From: an uncultured Clostridia bacterium
Lineage (GTDB): Bacteria; Bacillota; Clostridia; Oscillospirales; Ruminococcaceae
DNA: 49,421 bases
Direction of reading: 5' to 3'
NCBI GenBank assembly: GCA_945833805.1
Contig: CAMAGG010000001.1
Coordinates: 1 to 49,421, forward strand
Position numbers and translations under genes: made by a program. Positions 47,862-49,421 of the stretch are shown here, piece by piece. The notes beneath the pieces were generated by a model. It did no database searches. It was not told the origin of the DNA and saw nothing but the letters and a program-made list of their open reading frames with translations. How positions within the stretch are numbered: the stretch's first letter is position 1; each line of letters starts with the position of its first letter.

Positions 47862-48560
47862 ATGAAGCTGCAAAACCCATTCGCACGGCTTTCCCGCTTT
47901 GAGCTGGGGCTGTGGATATGTTCAATACTTATTGTCGCCGGTGCGTTTCTTATCTCCGGGGAGTTCAACCCGCTGGCGCTTGCCGCGCCGCTTACAGGTG
48001 TTACGGCGCTGATATTTGTCGCCCGGGGAGAGCCAACGGGTCAGGTACTGACGATAGCGTTCAGTCTGCTGTATGCGCTTATCTCGTGGCAGTCCCGGTA
48101 CTACGGCGAGATGATAACCTACCTCGGTATGACCGCGCCAAGCGCTGCCGCAGCGCTTATCGTGTGGATAAAGCACCCATTCAAGCAAGGCAAGCCGCAG
48201 GTCACAGTGTCGCATCTCACTGCAAAAAGTCTGACAGTCACACTGCTGATCACCGCCGCCGTTACCTTTGGATTTTATTTTCTGCTGAAGCTGTTCAACA
48301 CCGCCCAGCTTGAAATAAGCACCGTATCTGTCGCCACAAGCTTTTTTGCGTCCGCTCTTATGATACTACGAAGCCCGCTGTACGCCCTCGCCTATGCCGC
48401 AAACGATATTGTTCTGATCGCCTTATGGATATACGCTTCAATTAACGATATTTCAAATCTGCCGATGATATTCTGCTTTGCGGCTTTTCTCGCCAACGAT
48501 ATTTACGGCTTTATCAACTGGCGCAGGATAAGAAAAACGCAGGAGCAAAATAAATATTAG
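47862..48560 (+). CDS. pnuC: PnuC-family nucleoside/vitamin transporter
   Basis: Multi-TM protein with A.G...GQ, YYGE.ITY, ANDIVLIALW, NDIYGFINW. Substrate not determinable from sequence. Confidence 0.85.
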   Translation: MKLQNPFARLSRFELGLWICSILIVAGAFLISGEFNPLALAAPLTGVTALIFVARGEPTGQVLTIAFSLLYALISWQSRYYGEMITYLGMTAPSAAAALIVWIKHPFKQGKPQVTVSHLTAKSLTVTLLITAAVTFGFYFLLKLFNTAQLEISTVSVATSFFASALMILRSPLYALAYAANDIVLIALWIYASINDISNLPMIFCFAAFLANDIYGFINWRRIRKTQEQNKY

Positions 48561-48584
48561 CCGGGAGGAAAAATCCTCCCGGCT
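48559..48584. terminator. Terminator hairpin, left copy of the duplicated target
   Basis: AGCCGGGAGGAAAAATCCTCCCGGCT. Confidence 0.7.
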
Positions 48585-48715
48585 CAGCTTGTTGAAAAAG
48601 TCACCTTTTCAGGGTGGCGAGAAGCCGTCAGATTCTAGGAACCCGCATAACGGCTAGGCTTTGTGCCTGCCGTTATGCGGCGTGACGATGAAGATGACGG
48701 TTTATCGACAGCCTG
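48585..48715. mobile_element. MITE family C (131 bp), IS1182-like ends
   Basis: Imperfect TIRs CAGCTTGTTGAAAAA / CAGGCTGTCGATAAA. Flanked by a 25-26 bp duplicated terminator hairpin. Internal IR CCGCATAACGGC / GCCGTTATGCGG. Confidence 0.75.
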
Positions 48716-48740
48716 AGCCGGGAGGAAAATCCTCCCGGTT
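48716..48740. terminator. Terminator hairpin, right copy of the duplicated target
   Basis: AGCCGGGAGGAAAATCCTCCCGGTT followed by ATTTTT. Confidence 0.7.
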
Positions 48741-48747
48741 ATTTTTA

Positions 48748-49421
48748 TCATGCCTTTGCGACCGCCTTGTGATATACCTTTTTGCCCTTGCGGATAATGA
48801 CCTCAGGGTTTATCTCGATCATTGCGTTTACGTCCTCGATAAGAACGTCGTCTATCGCCAGACCCTTTCCGGTGATGAGCGTCCTTGCTTCACGCTTGGA
48901 GTTCACAAGCTTTGTAGCAACCAGCAGATCAAGCACGCCGATCTTTCCGTCCACAAGCTCCACCTCGGTGGTGGGCATATTCTCGGAATTGCCGCCCTTT
49001 CCTCCGAACAAAGCCTTTGCAGCTTCGAGAGCCTTGTCTGCTTCCTTCTCGCCGTGAACAAGCTTGGTCAGCTCGTATGCAAGGATCTCCTTTGCCTTGT
49101 TGAGCTGGCTGCCCTCCCAGTGGGACATCTCATCTATCTGCTCCATAGGCAGGAAGGTCAGCATCTTGATGCACTTCATTACGTCCGCGTCCGCGACGTT
49201 TCTCCAGTACTGGAAGAAGTCAAACGGCGAGGTCTTTTCCGGGTCGAGCCATACCGCGCCCTTTTCGGTCTTTCCCATCTTCTTGCCCTCGGAGTTGAGC
49301 AGCAGCGTGATAGTCATTGCATGGGCGTCCTTGCCCAGTTTCTTGCGGATAAGCTCTGTGCCGCCCAGCATATTCGCCCACTGGTCGTCGCCGCCGAACT
49401 GCATATTGCAGCCGTACTTCT
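48748..49421 (-). CDS. tyrS: Tyrosine--tRNA ligase, C-terminal part (5' end beyond the window)
   Basis: QFGGDDQW.N, KMGKT (KMSKS motif), WLD..KTSP, C-terminal S4 domain (SKREAR...RKGKK). Frame stays open to the window edge. Confidence 0.95.
   Translation of the reverse strand, partial: KYGCNMQFGGDDQWANMLGGTELIRKKLGKDAHAMTITLLLNSEGKKMGKTEKGAVWLDPEKTSPFDFFQYWRNVADADVMKCIKMLTFLPMEQIDEMSHWEGSQLNKAKEILAYELTKLVHGEKEADKALEAAKALFGGKGGNSENMPTTEVELVDGKIGVLDLLVATKLVNSKREARTLITGKGLAIDDVLIEDVNAMIEINPEVIIRKGKKVYHKAVAKA

Noticed and set aside
1-49421. CRISPR array, tRNA/rRNA, prophage, integrase or full-length IS
   Set aside because: No regularly spaced direct repeats, RNA gene signatures, or phage/transposase motifs were recognised, and intergenic spaces are short.

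Overview
Chromosomal core-genome segment of a GC-moderate, clostridial-type Firmicute. The gene content and order suggest Oscillospiraceae/Ruminococcaceae; this is inference. There are about 49 CDS, all but two on the minus strand. Housekeeping blocks: rplS-lepB-ylqF-rnhB-yraN-thrC-phosphoesterase-tig-clpP-clpX; radical SAM-ruvC-ruvA-TPR-ruvB-glmM-...-ecfA-ecfT-truA-DUF5711-cvpA-clp ATPase-SDR; oadG/oadB-like; pyrB; membrane protein-lipoprotein-two-component system-DUF1385-prmC-recA-recX-rimO-pgsA; pnuC; partial tyrS. No rRNA, tRNA, CRISPR array, transposase or prophage was seen. Notable items: (1) a left-end putative operon of an (alpha/alpha)6-barrel-like protein, a 1168-aa FN3/Ig/CapA/2xDUF6270-like protein, a transglutaminase-like lipoprotein and a PilC-like gene; (2) a lower-GC stand-alone EF-Tu domain-II gene abutting an unlisted 45-aa membrane microprotein; (3) four non-autonomous MITE insertions from three families, with visible TIRs and target duplications at stop codons, a terminator and a promoter; (4) an expanded L19-leader-like RNA with a competing helix; (5) a degenerate RACo/ASKHA protein; (6) PyrB fused to the PyrI Zn domain; (7) an orphan Imm1-like gene; (8) a small SH3/Veg-like gene with a hairpin 5' UTR and a Spo0A-box match. 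All family calls come from motif recognition by eye; no database searches were run.
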